From Octopus vulgaris (taxonomy: Eukaryota), in the NCBI GenBank assembly GCA_951406725.2, contig OX597819.1, positions 43,400,001-43,464,000 of the forward strand: a DNA stretch of 64,000 nt, written 5' to 3'. Under the pieces are notes generated by a model. That model was not told where the DNA came from. It worked only from the letters and a program-made list of their open reading frames with translations, and ran no database searches. Shown piece after piece: positions 1 through 12,494 of this stretch; position 1 is the stretch's first letter; each line of letters begins with the position of its first letter. The translations under genes and the position numbers were made by a program.

Positions 1-108
1 TGAGCTGAAACTAGAGAAAAAAATATATATTCAAAGGTATACAAAATAAACAATCTATAAATATCCAACGAAATTCAATAACGTTCTCCTCACCCACTAT
101 CTCTCTTC

Positions 109-140
<32 letters not shown>

Positions 141-567
141 ATATATATATATATATATACGCATAAAAAACAAAAATCATTAAGTGGATAAAGAACTCAA
201 TACATGAACTAGAGTTAATATTTATTTAATATATATATATATACACATATATGCATATAGCATACATACATATATATTTACAAATATTTACATTATACAC
301 GAACACATACATATATATTCACAGATATATTGATATATAAGTTTATTGAACTTTTTGTGTATATTTACTGATTATTATTTTATCTTTAGTTTATTTGGCC
401 AATGGGTACGATGGCTGTCAGATAAAATATCGATATATTTAAGGTAGTCGTGTCCTATTTATTTACATGTACTGGTTCGGAAAGACGGCAGAATCAATCA
501 GGTTAAGTCTTGTAATATTGTATATCCTAATTCGATATATTCGTGTTGGAATTTTATGTTGTTGAAA

Positions 568-1191
568 GCAGGTGGATCTTACCGAGCCAAGAGAATGCCA
601 GCACCAAGCATCAATAATTCTTTTTTGTTTTCTTTCTCACGGATAGCACCGGATTAGGATCTTTTCGGTTTTGAACGGCAGTTTTTAACATAATTTCTAG
701 GTAACTAAAAAAATTTTAAACTTCGTATACTGGTAGAATGTGTTTATAAAACATCTTTTTCTCTTGGCTTTATTGAGAAAATTCTATAGTTTGTAAGCTA
801 TTTGCTGTTTTTTTTTTTTCAATTTCAGCAATTTCAACCAACCAGTGACGTCTATTGAGGTAAAAAACATTCTGTGCCGTATGAATATGTCCCTCGTTTA
901 AGAAACAGATTGGGTTTATTTACATTTGTGAAGAAAAAAAGATACCCTTCCCCCACCCCTAACCCTAACCCTAACTAACCCTAACCCTAACCCTAACCCT
1001 AAAAGAGATTGAAATGCAATAGATCGATTCTAGGGTCATAATTATGGGTGACAATTTCATATGACATCGCTAAAAAAAATGGCCGTTCAAACCGAAAAGA
1101 TCCGCAGTTGGATCTTTCCGATCCAAGTGAATGCCAGCATCAAGTATCAATAATTCTTTTTGTTTTGTTTCTTACGGATAGCACCGGATTA
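568..1191 (+). repeat. Imperfect ~89-bp direct repeats (568-656 and 1104-1191) immediately flanking the MITE
   Basis: gcaggtggatcttaccgagccaagagaatgccagc...ggatagcaccggatta recurs directly after the right TIR, with about 9 differences. Confidence 0.85.
657..1103. mobile_element. Non-autonomous TIR element (MITE) carrying internal (TAACCC)n repeats, copy 1
   Basis: TIRs GGATCTTTTCGGTT(T)TGAACGGC...GCCGTTCAAACCGAAAAGATCC. Near-identical to 10238-10676. (TAACCC)n array at about 955-1002. Confidence 0.85.
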
Positions 1192-1663
1192 ACCATTAAG
1201 CAAAATATGCACGCGCTTAGGGCATCAAGGCAAGGGTGGTTGGGGGGTGGGAGGTTGAGCACCACAGAAATAGTAAATGGTTTACGGTACAAAAGAAATT
1301 ACTTTAAAACTTGCTAAAATAATATTCGAAGTGGTTTATATATGATCGGAAATATAATTTCGAAGTGTTTACGGTGTCATGGCGAGTATCTGATGAAAGA
1401 CTTTGCAATTAAGAAAAATGTCGGAGAAAACTTTTCAAATATAAATCTAATGGAAGTTATACAAAAATAAGCAATATTTTCCATCTTACTGTTAGTTTTG
1501 TTTCATTCTGAGAGAAAAAAAAAATTCATTGTTTATTATTGTTTGTATTTTGAATGACATATGCGTAGGAGTGGCTATGTGGTAAGTAGCTTGCTTACGA
1601 ACCACATGGTTCCGGGTTCAGTCCCACTGCGTGGCACCTTGTGGGTGGATCTGGTAGACGGAA

Positions 1664-1705
<42 letters not shown>

Positions 1706-1709
<4 letters not shown>

Positions 1710-2309
1710 TAATGTAGGATAAAATTTATTTCGGGAAAAAATTTTTTTATCAATGGCCAGCATATCAAAAAATACCTTTAAAGGTTAAATTTATAAATAA
1801 TTTACAAAATAAGGGCAGAAGAAAAATTCTAATGCCAAATATGCCTAAAGAAAGACAAAAATTGTCAATAACCATTATAATTTATGCGTCCCGAAATAAA
1901 CCGATAGAAATTTCTAAAAAATTCGTTATTACCGTATTGGTCCAATTTCGGGGTTAATTCATAGAATTTACCCCTCTTCAGCGACAAATACGCGAGATAT
2001 AAGTGAAATACTTACTCATACCCATGGAAAAAGCAAGCACCAAGTCCCGAGCAGACCTAAGTACCCCAAATATATCCAAAATAGAAAATCTTCGGCACAT
2101 CTCGAGACACGTGTGATTCGAACTCGAAACTTTCACAGAGTGTCAGAATCCGGAAGTGAACACTATTCAATTTATAACTAATGTAGGATAAAATTTTTTT
2201 CGGGAAATTTTCAGTTTATTTCGAGACGCATAAACTATAATGGTTATTTGACAATTTTAGTGTTTCTTTCGGCATATTTAGCATTAGAATTTTTCTTCTG
2301 CCCTTATTT

Positions 2310-2312
<3 letters not shown>
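1706..2312 (-). mobile_element. Penelope-like pLTR fragment (partial tandem plus inverted copy) inserted in (TA)n
   Basis: 1707-1738 is repeated directly at 2177-2208. About 1803-1905 is repeated inverted at about 2210-2312. Contains a hammerhead motif and is flanked by (TA)n on both sides. Confidence 0.7.
1926..1992 (-). ncRNA. Minimal type-I hammerhead ribozyme motif
   Basis: Minus strand reads TTGTCG-CTGAAGA-GGGGT(AAATTCTATGAATTA)ACCCC-GAAA-TTGGACCAA-TA-CGGTAA. Core is intact, stem II is GGGGT/ACCCC, stem III is the near-palindrome ATTGGACCAAT, cleavage triplet AUA. Confidence 0.75.
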
Positions 2313-2370
<58 letters not shown>

Positions 2371-2954
2371 ATGTGTGTGTGTGTGTATACGTTTGTGTGT
2401 CTGTGTTTGTTTCCCCAACATCGCTTGACAACCGATGCTGATGTGTTTACGTCCCCGTAAACTTAGCGTTTCGGTAAAAGAGACTGATAGAATAAGTACT
2501 AGGCTTCCAAAGAATAAGTCCGTGGTCGATTTGCTCGACTAAAGGCGGTGCTCCAGCATGGCCACAGTCAAATGGCTGAAACAAGTAAAAGAGTAAACAG
2601 AGTAAAGAGTATGTATGGGGACACCAAAATCTTTTAAATGATTAGAGCCTGTATGGGTATTAATCCCACCCTGGTCATGGAATTTAGTGCTTATCACACT
2701 TTATGACTCCTTTACTGACTTTTAAGACTGGTGCCAGTGGGAGCGGGACGTTATCCTTAAAACGGAGATATAGCTTGACCGATTGCAACAGAGTAGACCT
2801 CGCGAAAAGCACCCGAGGTGCTGGTTGGGTGTTAAACCGCGTGATGAACACCCAATAGGCTAAGGTCAGATTTGAATATATTTTCATAACTTGTTGACAT
2901 CTCTGGTTCCGTGGTTCGACTCTCTCCATAACCTTCCTCTTCAACTACATTACT

Positions 2955-3061
2955 CTCTCTTTTCTCTTTTACCGAACCGCTAAGTAACGGGGACATAAAC
3001 ACACCAGCATCGGTTGTCAAGCAATACTAGGGGGACAAACACAGACACACAAACACACACA

Positions 3062-3112
<51 letters not shown>

Positions 3113-3640
3113 TTATCTTTAGTTTATTTGGCCAATGGGTACGATGGCTGTCAGATAAAATATCGATATCTTTAAGGTAGTCGTGTCCTATTTATTTACA
3201 TGTACTGGTTCGGAAAGACGGCAGAATCAATCAGGTTAAGTCTTGTAATATTGTATATCCTAATTCGATATATTCGTGTTGGAATTTTATGTTGTTGAAA
3301 GCAGGTGGATCTTACCGAGCCAAGAGAATGCCAGCATTAAGCATCAATAATTCTTTTTTGTTTTGTTTCTCACGGGTAGCACCGGATTAGGATCTTTTCG
3401 GTTTGAACGGCAGTTTTTAACATAATTTCTAGGTAACTAAAAAATTTTAAACTTCGTATACTAGTAGAATGTGTTTATAAAGGGCTTCTTTCAGTTTCCG
3501 TCTACCAAATCCACTCACAAGGCTTTGGTCGGCCCGAGGCTATAGTAGAAGACACTTGCCCAAGGTGCCACGCAGTGGGACTGAACCCGGAACCATGTGG
3601 TTGGTAAACAAGCTACTTACCACACAGCCACTCCTGCGCC
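2955..3640 (-). mobile_element. SINE family A containing a templated insertion
   Basis: Reverse-strand 3' part at 2955-3065 and head at 3482-3640, separated by (TA)n and a copy of 373-750. Confidence 0.85.
3106..3481 (+). repeat. Local duplication of 373-750 (unique flank plus first ~90 bp of the MITE)
   Basis: About 376 bp, colinear with 373-750, roughly 8 differences by eye. Confidence 0.9.
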
Positions 3641-4239
3641 TATGTTCTTCTTTTCTTTTTTTTCTTATTTTGTTTTCTTGACAAAGGAACAAGTGAAAGA
3701 ACTTGACAGACGTGATTTGAAAGTAATGACTGCGTATAAACAGAACGAAGAGATTGATAAAAAAGTTTAAAAGATTAAGAATAAAATATGGGTGATAATG
3801 GACGAAAGGTGGTATACCAAGGACATGAGAACAGTACTTACTGGAAAACAAAAAAGCAGAGACGTTATTGGACTTATTCGATACGAATATAAAAAATACT
3901 GAAATGTGCTTTGAGTTCAAAGTTATGCCGAAAACCGTAAAATTCGATGACTTGGTGGAAACACATATCGATTAAAAAAAAAAAAAGTATCAATATAATA
4001 ATACATACATGAACATAAGAACAGTAAAATGGAACTGCGAGCTTTTGGGGGGCTCGTAAACCATTACATTTTTTCATTCGATTTTATTGTCATACACATT
4101 TTCATTTATTCATTTTATGTACCCCACGTTTTGTGTTGTCCGTCTTCGTATTGTCCCCTCTTCTTTTAGGCTACATGCCAATAATAAAGATATAAAGGTC
4201 GGATTTGAATAGAGAACTCTGTCAGCCGGAGCCAATACT

Positions 4240-4472
4240 TATTTCTTTATTACCCACAAGGGGCTAAACACAGAGGGGACAAACAAGGACAGACATAGGT
4301 ATTAAGTCGATTATATCGACCCCAGTCCGTAACTGGTACTTATTTAATCGACCCCGAAAGGATGAAAGGCAAAGTCGACCTCGGCGGAATTTGAACTCAG
4401 AACGTAACGGCAGACGAAATACCACTAAGCATTTCGTCCGGCGTGCTAACGATTCTGCCAGCTCGCCGCCCT
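4240..4472 (-). mobile_element. tRNA-headed SINE, family B (Meta-domain-like core)
   Basis: Minus strand GGCGGCGAGCTGGCAGAATCG...GAGTTCAAATTCC...GGTCGACTTTGCCTTTCATCCTTTCGGGGTCGAT...AAGTACCAG. AATACT is duplicated on both flanks. Confidence 0.85.
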
Positions 4473-4504
4473 AATACTGAAGGGCAGCCACATGCAGCCC
4501 GACA

Positions 4505-4758
4505 GCTCTTACGAGGACCCTAGTTGATACGATCAATGGAACAGCTTGCTCGCGATTTGAATGTGCAAGTAGCTGAGTAAGTAGCTCTCAAAGGGCCGGC
4601 TTTGTCACATTCTGCGTCACGCCGAATCTCCGTGAGAACTATATTTAGGGTACGCGTGTCAGTGGAGTGCTCAGTCGCTTGCTCTTTAATTTCAGGAGTA
4701 CGTTGCTCCGTTGATCGGATCAACTGGGATACTCGCCGTCGTAACTGACGGAGTGCCA
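4505..4758. mobile_element. Decayed 3' fragments of SINE family C in opposite orientations
   Basis: 4585-4758 (+) and about 4505-4580 (-) resemble the 3' half of 41952-42334. Confidence 0.65.
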
Positions 4759-5898
4759 CTTTTTATTTTTTTTTTTACTTCTGAAGGTGTCGGATGATCT
4801 GTCTAGTAGCAACAGTTCACACACGCACCCTAAGTTGAAGTCCTACCGAGGTCAACTTTAATTTTCATCCTTGAGGGATCGATAAATGAAGTACCAGCTG
4901 AGTGCTGGTACAGTCTTTTCTCTCTCTCTGTCTCTCTTTCTCTCTCCCCCAGTTGTCGTATTTTGGATGCTCTCCTGGATCAGGAATGAGCGGGCTGTGA
5001 GGGTATCTATGGCTGCTCGCATAGACACCTAAAATAATTACCAAAAGCTTGTATCATGCAATGAAGCCCATGGTCGACTCTGAGTGAACGCTATTGTTTA
5101 TTGTTTTGCTTCAGGTTAACCCTCAACAAACTGAACTATGATCAAAGGCATTCCAGCTGAGACACGCTCGTCTCCTGTTTTCCACATACTATGTAGCTAA
5201 GACAATATTCAAAGCAACATTCTTTCTTAAAGCAGAGTGTAAGATTTCCTGCAATTTCTACCACCTTTAAGAGACCCTATAGACTACTTTCTTGTAACTT
5301 TGTCTCTTCCTCTCCAAAGAATGGTGTTTTACAAATGGCCCCTCTCAATATTTTTTCGAAAAAAACAGCACATTTTTTAATCCACCTGTTCGGTCCAATA
5401 AAGGACAGGCTTTAGTCTGAGGGGACAACTATTTGATGACACAAACGAGGCGAAAATTACTGAGAAGTGAGTGTAGTAGTGCTCACATGAATCTTTTCGA
5501 AGAGGACACCAGAGTTACATTCAGTAAATGCGTAAATGTTTCGCCTGTGGTGGAAACTGTTAAACAGAATCTGTTTAAAGGAAAACTTACTCTACCAACG
5601 TGTGCAATTTGAACGGCTCTTTATCAGTGTATAGAAATGTTATTGTTCACTTTTGCATTACCTTCAGTACAATCCTTTTAGAAAATTTTTTTAATATAAA
5701 ACAGCTTATATAAGAATTCGGGAACCGCAGCAATAATTACACGTAGCGATTACTATGACGTAATCATAGTTTCAAAGTTTATTCATACGGAGATGTAGTA
5801 CTTGCATATTAAGTCTTTCTTTTGAGTTGAGATCGTGTGCTGAAACTTAATCGATTGAAGCATGGAAGGCACAAGTTAGCCATTCCGAAACACACAAA

Positions 5899-6086
5899 GA
5901 CTGTCAGCTTCGCTTAAAACATTTATTTCTAATATGGTGTCAGAAATTTCGTCGCTCGAAACTGTGACCTTATTGACTGGCAAAATAAATTTGCTGCAAA
6001 ACTTTGTCAGTGAACTGGTTGTAGTTTCGAGCGACGAAAATTTTGACTCCATATTACAAATACATGCTTAAATGAAGTTGATGGTC
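5899..6086. repeat. Imperfect fold-back inverted repeat with ~85-bp arms
   Basis: tttcgtcgctcgaaact pairs with agtttcgagcgacgaaa; the flanking arms (taatatggtgtcag / ttgactccatatta) also pair. Confidence 0.7.
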
Positions 6087-6379
6087 TTAAAATATATTTT
6101 ATAATCACAAAACAGTATATTTTAGAATTTATTGATTCTATAGCATGTGGTGATTATTAAGATTAAAGTAACTTCATTAACGCGCTTCCGTTTTCTAATA
6201 GAGGTTAAGGTCACGCGAATACATAGAAGTTTTGCAAGATTATTCTCAGATTCCAACCCGTCTGTGACCGCCTCTGGGTTCTCTGATACGAATATTCCAT
6301 TTTGTAGTGATCTAAATTAAAACCTTACTTCAAAATTTGATGTTGATTTATGTTCTAAATACTAGTTTAGCAGAAAACA

Positions 6380-6719
6380 GTAAAGACTCCCTTCGGTCAT
6401 GAATGACCATGGGATTGCACTTAGAAAGTTGCCCTCCGAAGCACAAGTCCGAGCAAGGTTGTTTATGGAAGAGCAGCAGTTGCCCATGCAGCCCAACTTC
6501 CTCTCTCTACGCCAATGGTGTTATGCAAGGGAAAGGCAAAGGCCGGTACAGTTTGGCGCCAGTGGTGTTGCAACTCATTTCTACAGCTGAGTGTACTGGA
6601 GCAATATGAAATAAAGTGTCTTGCTCAAGATCAACAACACACAGCCCGGTCCGGAAATCAAACTCACTAACTCACGATTGCAAGCCCAACGCTCTAACCA
6701 CTGAGCCATGTGCCCTCAC
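6380..6719 (-). mobile_element. tRNA-headed SINE, family D
   Basis: Minus-strand head GTGAGGGCACATGGCTCAGTGGTTAGAGC and core TTGAGCAAGACACTTTATTTCA. Homologous to 19921-20258. Confidence 0.8.
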
Positions 6720-7570
6720 TTGTAAGATTATTTCACTAAATTTTTTTATTAGGCGCAGGCAACGCCGTGTAGTTAAGAATCTTGCTTTGACCCTCATGGT
6801 TTCGGGTTCAGTCTCACTACTCAACAACTTGGGTAAATGCCTTCTACACTAGCTCCAATTTGACCAATGCAGTGAGCAGTAGCGGTTCGTAGATGAAATT
6901 ATTTGGGGGTGCTGCTTCAGAAAATTTTTAATTTATGCATAAACTTGATCGGTTCGCGTTTTAGCCACTGCCGGGTGTTTAATTTGTTCACTGAACACCG
7001 CCGCGATTTCCCCCTTGTTTTTCAAAAATCCCCCCTAAATCACAAAATAAGCAGGGTAGGGGAATCTGCCCTATTTTTCAAATTCTGGCAGCAACACTGA
7101 AGCTAAAAGCAGGATAATAATCTAATTCTACACTTTAATCACATTCAAGAATATAAACACGTTTTTAAGCACAACACACGCGGAGTCAAAAAGAAACACT
7201 ACCTTGCATCGGCACTGCGCGAAGGACATTCTCTCTCGCCCTAGCGTGAAGCTTCCAATCTCGGACAGGTGAGCATGCGCACAACAGCCAAACACCGCGC
7301 CACTGGAACAGTGAAGCGCACAGGCTACTGTAATTAAGCTTAAGGATTTTATAATGTACAAGTATAAAAGAATTAAAGAAAAAGAAAAAGGACATATTGA
7401 ATGTTATCGATAAATAGTGGGAAAAGGGGATGCTGCAGTTCCGCAGTGCCTATACACGAGTCACAACTGGCAGTGAGTGAATTTGTAAGGCGAAAACTGT
7501 ACCGCTTGACAACCGGCAAAAGAAAAAAAACAACAAAAAACCCAAAACAAAAATCAATGGAAGAAGTACC

Positions 7571-7803
7571 TATTTCTTTATTACCCACAAGGGGCTAAAC
7601 ATAGATGGGACAAACAAGGACAGACATAGGTATTAAGTCGATTCCATCGACCCCAGTGCGTAACTGGTACTTAATTTATCGACCCCGAAAGGATGAAAGG
7701 CAAAGTCGACCTCGGCGGAATTTGATCTCACAGCGTAACGACAGACGAAATACGGCTACGCATTTCGCCCGGCGTACTAACGTTTCTGCCAGCTCGCTAC
7801 CTT
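7571..7803 (-). mobile_element. SINE family B
   Basis: Colinear with 4240-4472. Confidence 0.85.
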
Positions 7804-8523
7804 CTGCCAGCAGGCTTTAAAAATATGTACTGGGTTCAATTTGCTTGACTAAAAAACCCAAGATGGGCATTATCCGATAACAGGAACAAGTAAAATATAA
7901 AAAAGATAAAACATATAATAATTCAATGAATGGATAGTCCAGTTGATCGAACATCTGCAACACTCATCCTCGAAACTGACGGATATCCATTTATGCGTTT
8001 ATCTAATTTATTTATTTATTTATTTATATATTTTTTTAATTCAATATTTAGAAAGGAGTGGAGTTTACTTCCTAACAATTCAGTAGGTAGCTAATAAAAG
8101 ACTTTACCTTTGATACTGTTGTAGTAGTCAGAGCAATCCCCGACCGCACCGAATTATGATCAAAAGCATTCCAGCCTTGCCCATCGCTCGTATATTTTCT
8201 TTCCTTTTAGACTGTGTACCACGGAATAAATAACCAAGAGACGCCATCCGTGTTAAAAACAATAGCTGTTTGATGTTGCTGTGATGTTGTTTTGCTCTTG
8301 GTGTTGTTATTGTTTTTGTTGTATAACCCTCGGCCTACCCGATCGAGCAGTCCTATCATCAAAAGGCATTTCCGACGTTGCCTAGCCTATCTTTTTAGGG
8401 GTTATCTCGGTGTACATTACCTAACTTGTCCTTCCTCCATTTTTTTCTTTTTTCGAAGTTGCTGCGGTGTGGTTTATTATATACTTCCTCCATTTTCGCA
8501 AAACACACACACACACACACAGA

Positions 8524-8564
<41 letters not shown>

Positions 8565-9270
8565 GCACACACACACACACACAAACGCACACACACTTTA
8601 AAACAACACCACATGCATACCTTCACGAATGCACACATTCACAATACACATACACACAAATAATACGTACGCGCACTTTGATACGTGCACACGCATTGAC
8701 ATACACGCGGGTTGACATCTACACGCATTGACATACATGCATAGAAACGCACACATGCATATCCAATGACACAAATTGATACATACACATTCCATCACAT
8801 ACTCTTCCCCCCTCCCTTTCTCTCTCACACACACACACACACTTCCTTTATGCTTTGTGGTTGGCTGACTCCGTAAAAAAGGAACAAATTGCTGATGTGC
8901 TTTTTAGTCCATGGTATGGTGCTAAGAGGCCCGGATAAACCATTAAACCGCATCCAGTGGTAAGGCTGCAGTTCGGGAGTGCGGGACTTAGGAGTCGTAT
9001 GGAGTTACATTTAGGTTACCCCCTTATTCCATTCCCAGTCTTGCTCTAACCCGGGATTGGTAGTACTCCATAAGGGCCCCCAGTTTAGGATCAAACAGAT
9101 GAACATAGTCCTGTAGTTAAGATATACAGGACTCGGAAATGGGTTTGTTCCTATTTGCATCACTCAAGCCCACCAGCGTGTAGGAATTGATGTCACGTGA
9201 ATCTTCAGATTTCGACTCGAGAGGTTTGTGTGACATGAATAACAGGGTAACGCTGGTAATCATAGCACAT

Positions 9271-9334
<64 letters not shown>

Positions 9335-9402
9335 GGGGAGGGAGAAGAACGAGAAATAGGGAGTTGAACGAGAGTGGGAGAAATAGACACTAGTATGTAT
9401 TA

Positions 9403-9448
<46 letters not shown>

Positions 9449-9532
9449 GTGTGTTTGTTTCTACACATATATATGCATGTGTGTGTGTGTATATATGTGT
9501 GTATATATATATATATGTAGAAACAAACACAC

Positions 9533-9578
<46 letters not shown>

Positions 9579-10237
9579 ACAAACACGTATATATATATAT
9601 ATATACACATATATATATATATATGCAGAAACAAACACACGTATGTGTGTGTGTGTGTGTGTGTGTACATAGGTATATATAAATATGCATGTATATATAT
9701 TCTTACATGTAACACTCCAGTAATTTAATACACATACATACAGAGACAGATAGATAGATGCATATATATATATATATCCGTAGATAAGTACATAGAGGTC
9801 AAAAGGGACATTGTTATTGTATTCAACATCAAAGGAAATTAAAACATGAATTAAGAGATCTAAAATATGTAAGCTCACTATTATATCTTTTATCTTTTAC
9901 TTGTTTCCAGATATAGGACGGTAGCCATGCTGGAGCACCGCCTTAAAGGGGGATTCGAACAAATCCACCCCCACTGTGCCATTTACATGCGTGCATGGAT
10001 GGCCATCTACATGCGTGACTGTTCGTGAGTGCGCGCGTGTATAATTACGTGTGTGTGTGTGTGTATGTGTGTGACTTGCAAGCACTTTAAGGTCGATTGA
10101 CTTAATAAGGTCGTTACACAATAATGCAATCACCAGGTTGTAGTTTCGATTCTGCTGCGTGGGATGTTTCACTCGATCGATCCCCGTATCTTTTGCGAGA
10201 AATTAATTAGTAAAAGCTCGTCGGCTAATTCAAAAAG

Positions 10238-10676
10238 TGATCTTTTCGGTTTGAACGGCAGTTTTTAACATAATTTCTAGGTAACTAAAAAATTTTAAAC
10301 TTCGTAGACTGGTAGAATGTGTTTATAAAACATCTTTTTCTCTTGGCTTTATTGAGAAAATTCTATAGTTTGTAAGCTATTTGTTGTTGTTTTTCTTCAA
10401 TTTCTGCAATTTCAACAAATCAGTGACGTCTATTGAGGTAAAAAACATTCTGTGCCGCATGAATATGTCCCTCATTTAAGAAACAGATTGGGTTTATTTA
10501 CATTTGTGAAGAAAAAAAGATATCCTTCTCCCCACCCCTAACCCTAACCCTAACCCTAACTAACCCTAACCCTGAAACAGATTGAAATACAATAGATCGA
10601 TACTTGGATCATAATTATGGGTGACAATTTCATATGACACCGCTAGAAAAAACTGCCGTTCAAACCGAAAAGATCA
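10238..10676. mobile_element. MITE with (TAACCC)n, copy 2, with 8-9 bp target-site duplication
   Basis: TIRs GATCTTTTCGGTTTGAACGGCAGTTTTT at both ends. TCAAAAAG(T) at 10230-10238 and 10677-10685. Confidence 0.9.
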
Positions 10677-10852
10677 TCAAAAAGTTACAGTAGGACTCTC
10701 TTTCCGTCTCTCTCTCCCTCTTTCTCTCTCTCTCTTTCTCTCTCTCACTCTACCTCACACACATTGGCGATGGATCTCTGCGTGACACAGTGTGTGTGCG
10801 CGCACGCGTGCACCTGTGTGTATGTGTGAGTACCTGTATGTGTGTGTGTGTG

Positions 10853-11112
10853 TGTGAAGGCGTACGGTCTAGTGGTTAGGCTGATGCACTAGCGACGCTA
10901 GATCGTGGTTCGATTCCCAGACCAGGGAGTGTTGTGTTTACTGAGCAAAACAATTCATTTCACCAAGCACCCGTTTTTGATTAGGAGTGGAGAATGTTGG
11001 CTGCTCACCTAACCAGCAGGGTGACGCCATTCGAAGGCTAAATTGATGCAAAGAACATTGTGACCAGCGATGTGTACCAACATCTGATAGTCTTGTTGGA
11101 CACGTGATCACG
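10853..11112 (+). mobile_element. tRNA-headed SINE, family E
   Basis: Head GGTCTAGTGGTTAGG...GGTTCGATTCCC. The 3' part CATTGTGACCAGCGATGT...ACATCTGATAGTC recurs at about 50790-50915 (-) and 54385-54465 (+). Confidence 0.65.
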
Positions 11113-11155
11113 ATATATGCATGTGTGTGCGTATCACGTGATATGTCTATATGTA

Positions 11156-11201
<46 letters not shown>

Positions 11202-11204
11202 CAT

Positions 11205-11426
11205 ACTCTTTTACTCTTTTACTTGTTTCAGTCATTTGACTGAGGCCATGCTGGAGCACCGCCTTTAGTCAAGCAAATCGACCCCAAGACTTATTCTTTG
11301 TAAGCCTAGTACTTATTCTATCAGTCTCTTTTGCCGAACCGCTAAGTTTCGGGGACGTAAACACATCAGCATCGGTTGTCAATCGATGTGGGGGGGGGAC
11401 AAACACAGACACACAAACACATACAT

Positions 11427-11461
<35 letters not shown>

Positions 11462-11628
11462 CATATGCATATATACGATGGGCTTCTTTCAGTTTCCGTC
11501 TACCACTCACAAGGTACTGGTCGGCTGGAGGCTATAGTAGAAGTCACTTGCCCAAAGTGCCACGCAGTGGGACTGAACCCGGAACCATGTGGTTGGTAAG
11601 TATGCTACTTACCACACAGCCACTCCTG
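11205..11628 (-). mobile_element. SINE family A, near full length
   Basis: Matches the family consensus from head to GTAAAAGA-repeat tail. Confidence 0.9.
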
Positions 11629-12034
11629 TATAGTGAAAAGTACGTGAACACACGAGGGAAAAATAACAGGACAAAATATCAAGAGAAGATAACTCCTCAT
11701 CAGTTGTGGCACTGTTTATTACTCCTATTTCATGCTTTTAACGACACTACAGGGATTTTCAGAAGACAGCAGCATCCAGAAATTTTAAAAATAGAAAATT
11801 TATGGAGAGTTAGAGCGTCGAACTAACAAAGAACGACAGAGTGGACGTACAAAGTAAGCATTCGACGAAGGAAAACATTAAGGGCCGTTAGGTCAAGACG
11901 AATTGTAATGAATAACGCCTGTATAATAGCTCCTATGTGAATATGGTCGCCTACAGCTAGTGATTCCAACTTGCAACAAAAGTTTTATGGGATCGTACCG
12001 AGCTGTACCAACCTAACGTAAGATAATAATAATA

Positions 12035-12091
<57 letters not shown>

Positions 12092-12455
12092 ATTATTATT
12101 ATTATTATTATTATTATTTTTATTGTAATTGATGGAGATGGAACATTCGTTACTTCCAACTTTAATGCTATATCACCTGTAGATATGAATGCATGAACAA
12201 AGTCCCACCTGATGTCTATGGATATTAGAGATTGTATAGTAATCATCCCAAATTGTCGAAACGCGTGTAGCAATACATTGAAATAATCATAAATTCCACC
12301 CATGGATTATTATCTATCTATCTATCTTCCTACATACACATACCTATATATATATATATACCTGCGCACATATCTATCTATATACGCAAACCCATATTTG
12401 TATGTGTAGATATATATGTATAAATATATATATATATATAAATATATGTATATGC

Positions 12456-12494
<39 letters not shown>

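Larger units (their letters stand above)
1563..2610 (+). mobile_element. tRNA-headed SINE, family A, interrupted in its central microsatellite by a PLE fragment
   Basis: Head GGAGTGGCTATGTGGTAAG...GGTTCAGTCCC at 1563-1667 (A/B-box-like). 3' half ...GGCGGTGCTCCAGCATGGCC...AGTAAAAGAG at 2350-2610. Matches many other copies in the window. Confidence 0.85.

Noticed and set aside
955-1002. Telomeric repeats suggesting a chromosome end
   Set aside because: Short and internal to a MITE present twice in the window.
11630-11990. CTGATGAG (minus strand near 11700, similar at 33085) as a hammerhead core
   Set aside because: No stem II or GAAA follows. It may be a decayed PLE tail, but no ribozyme can be supported.
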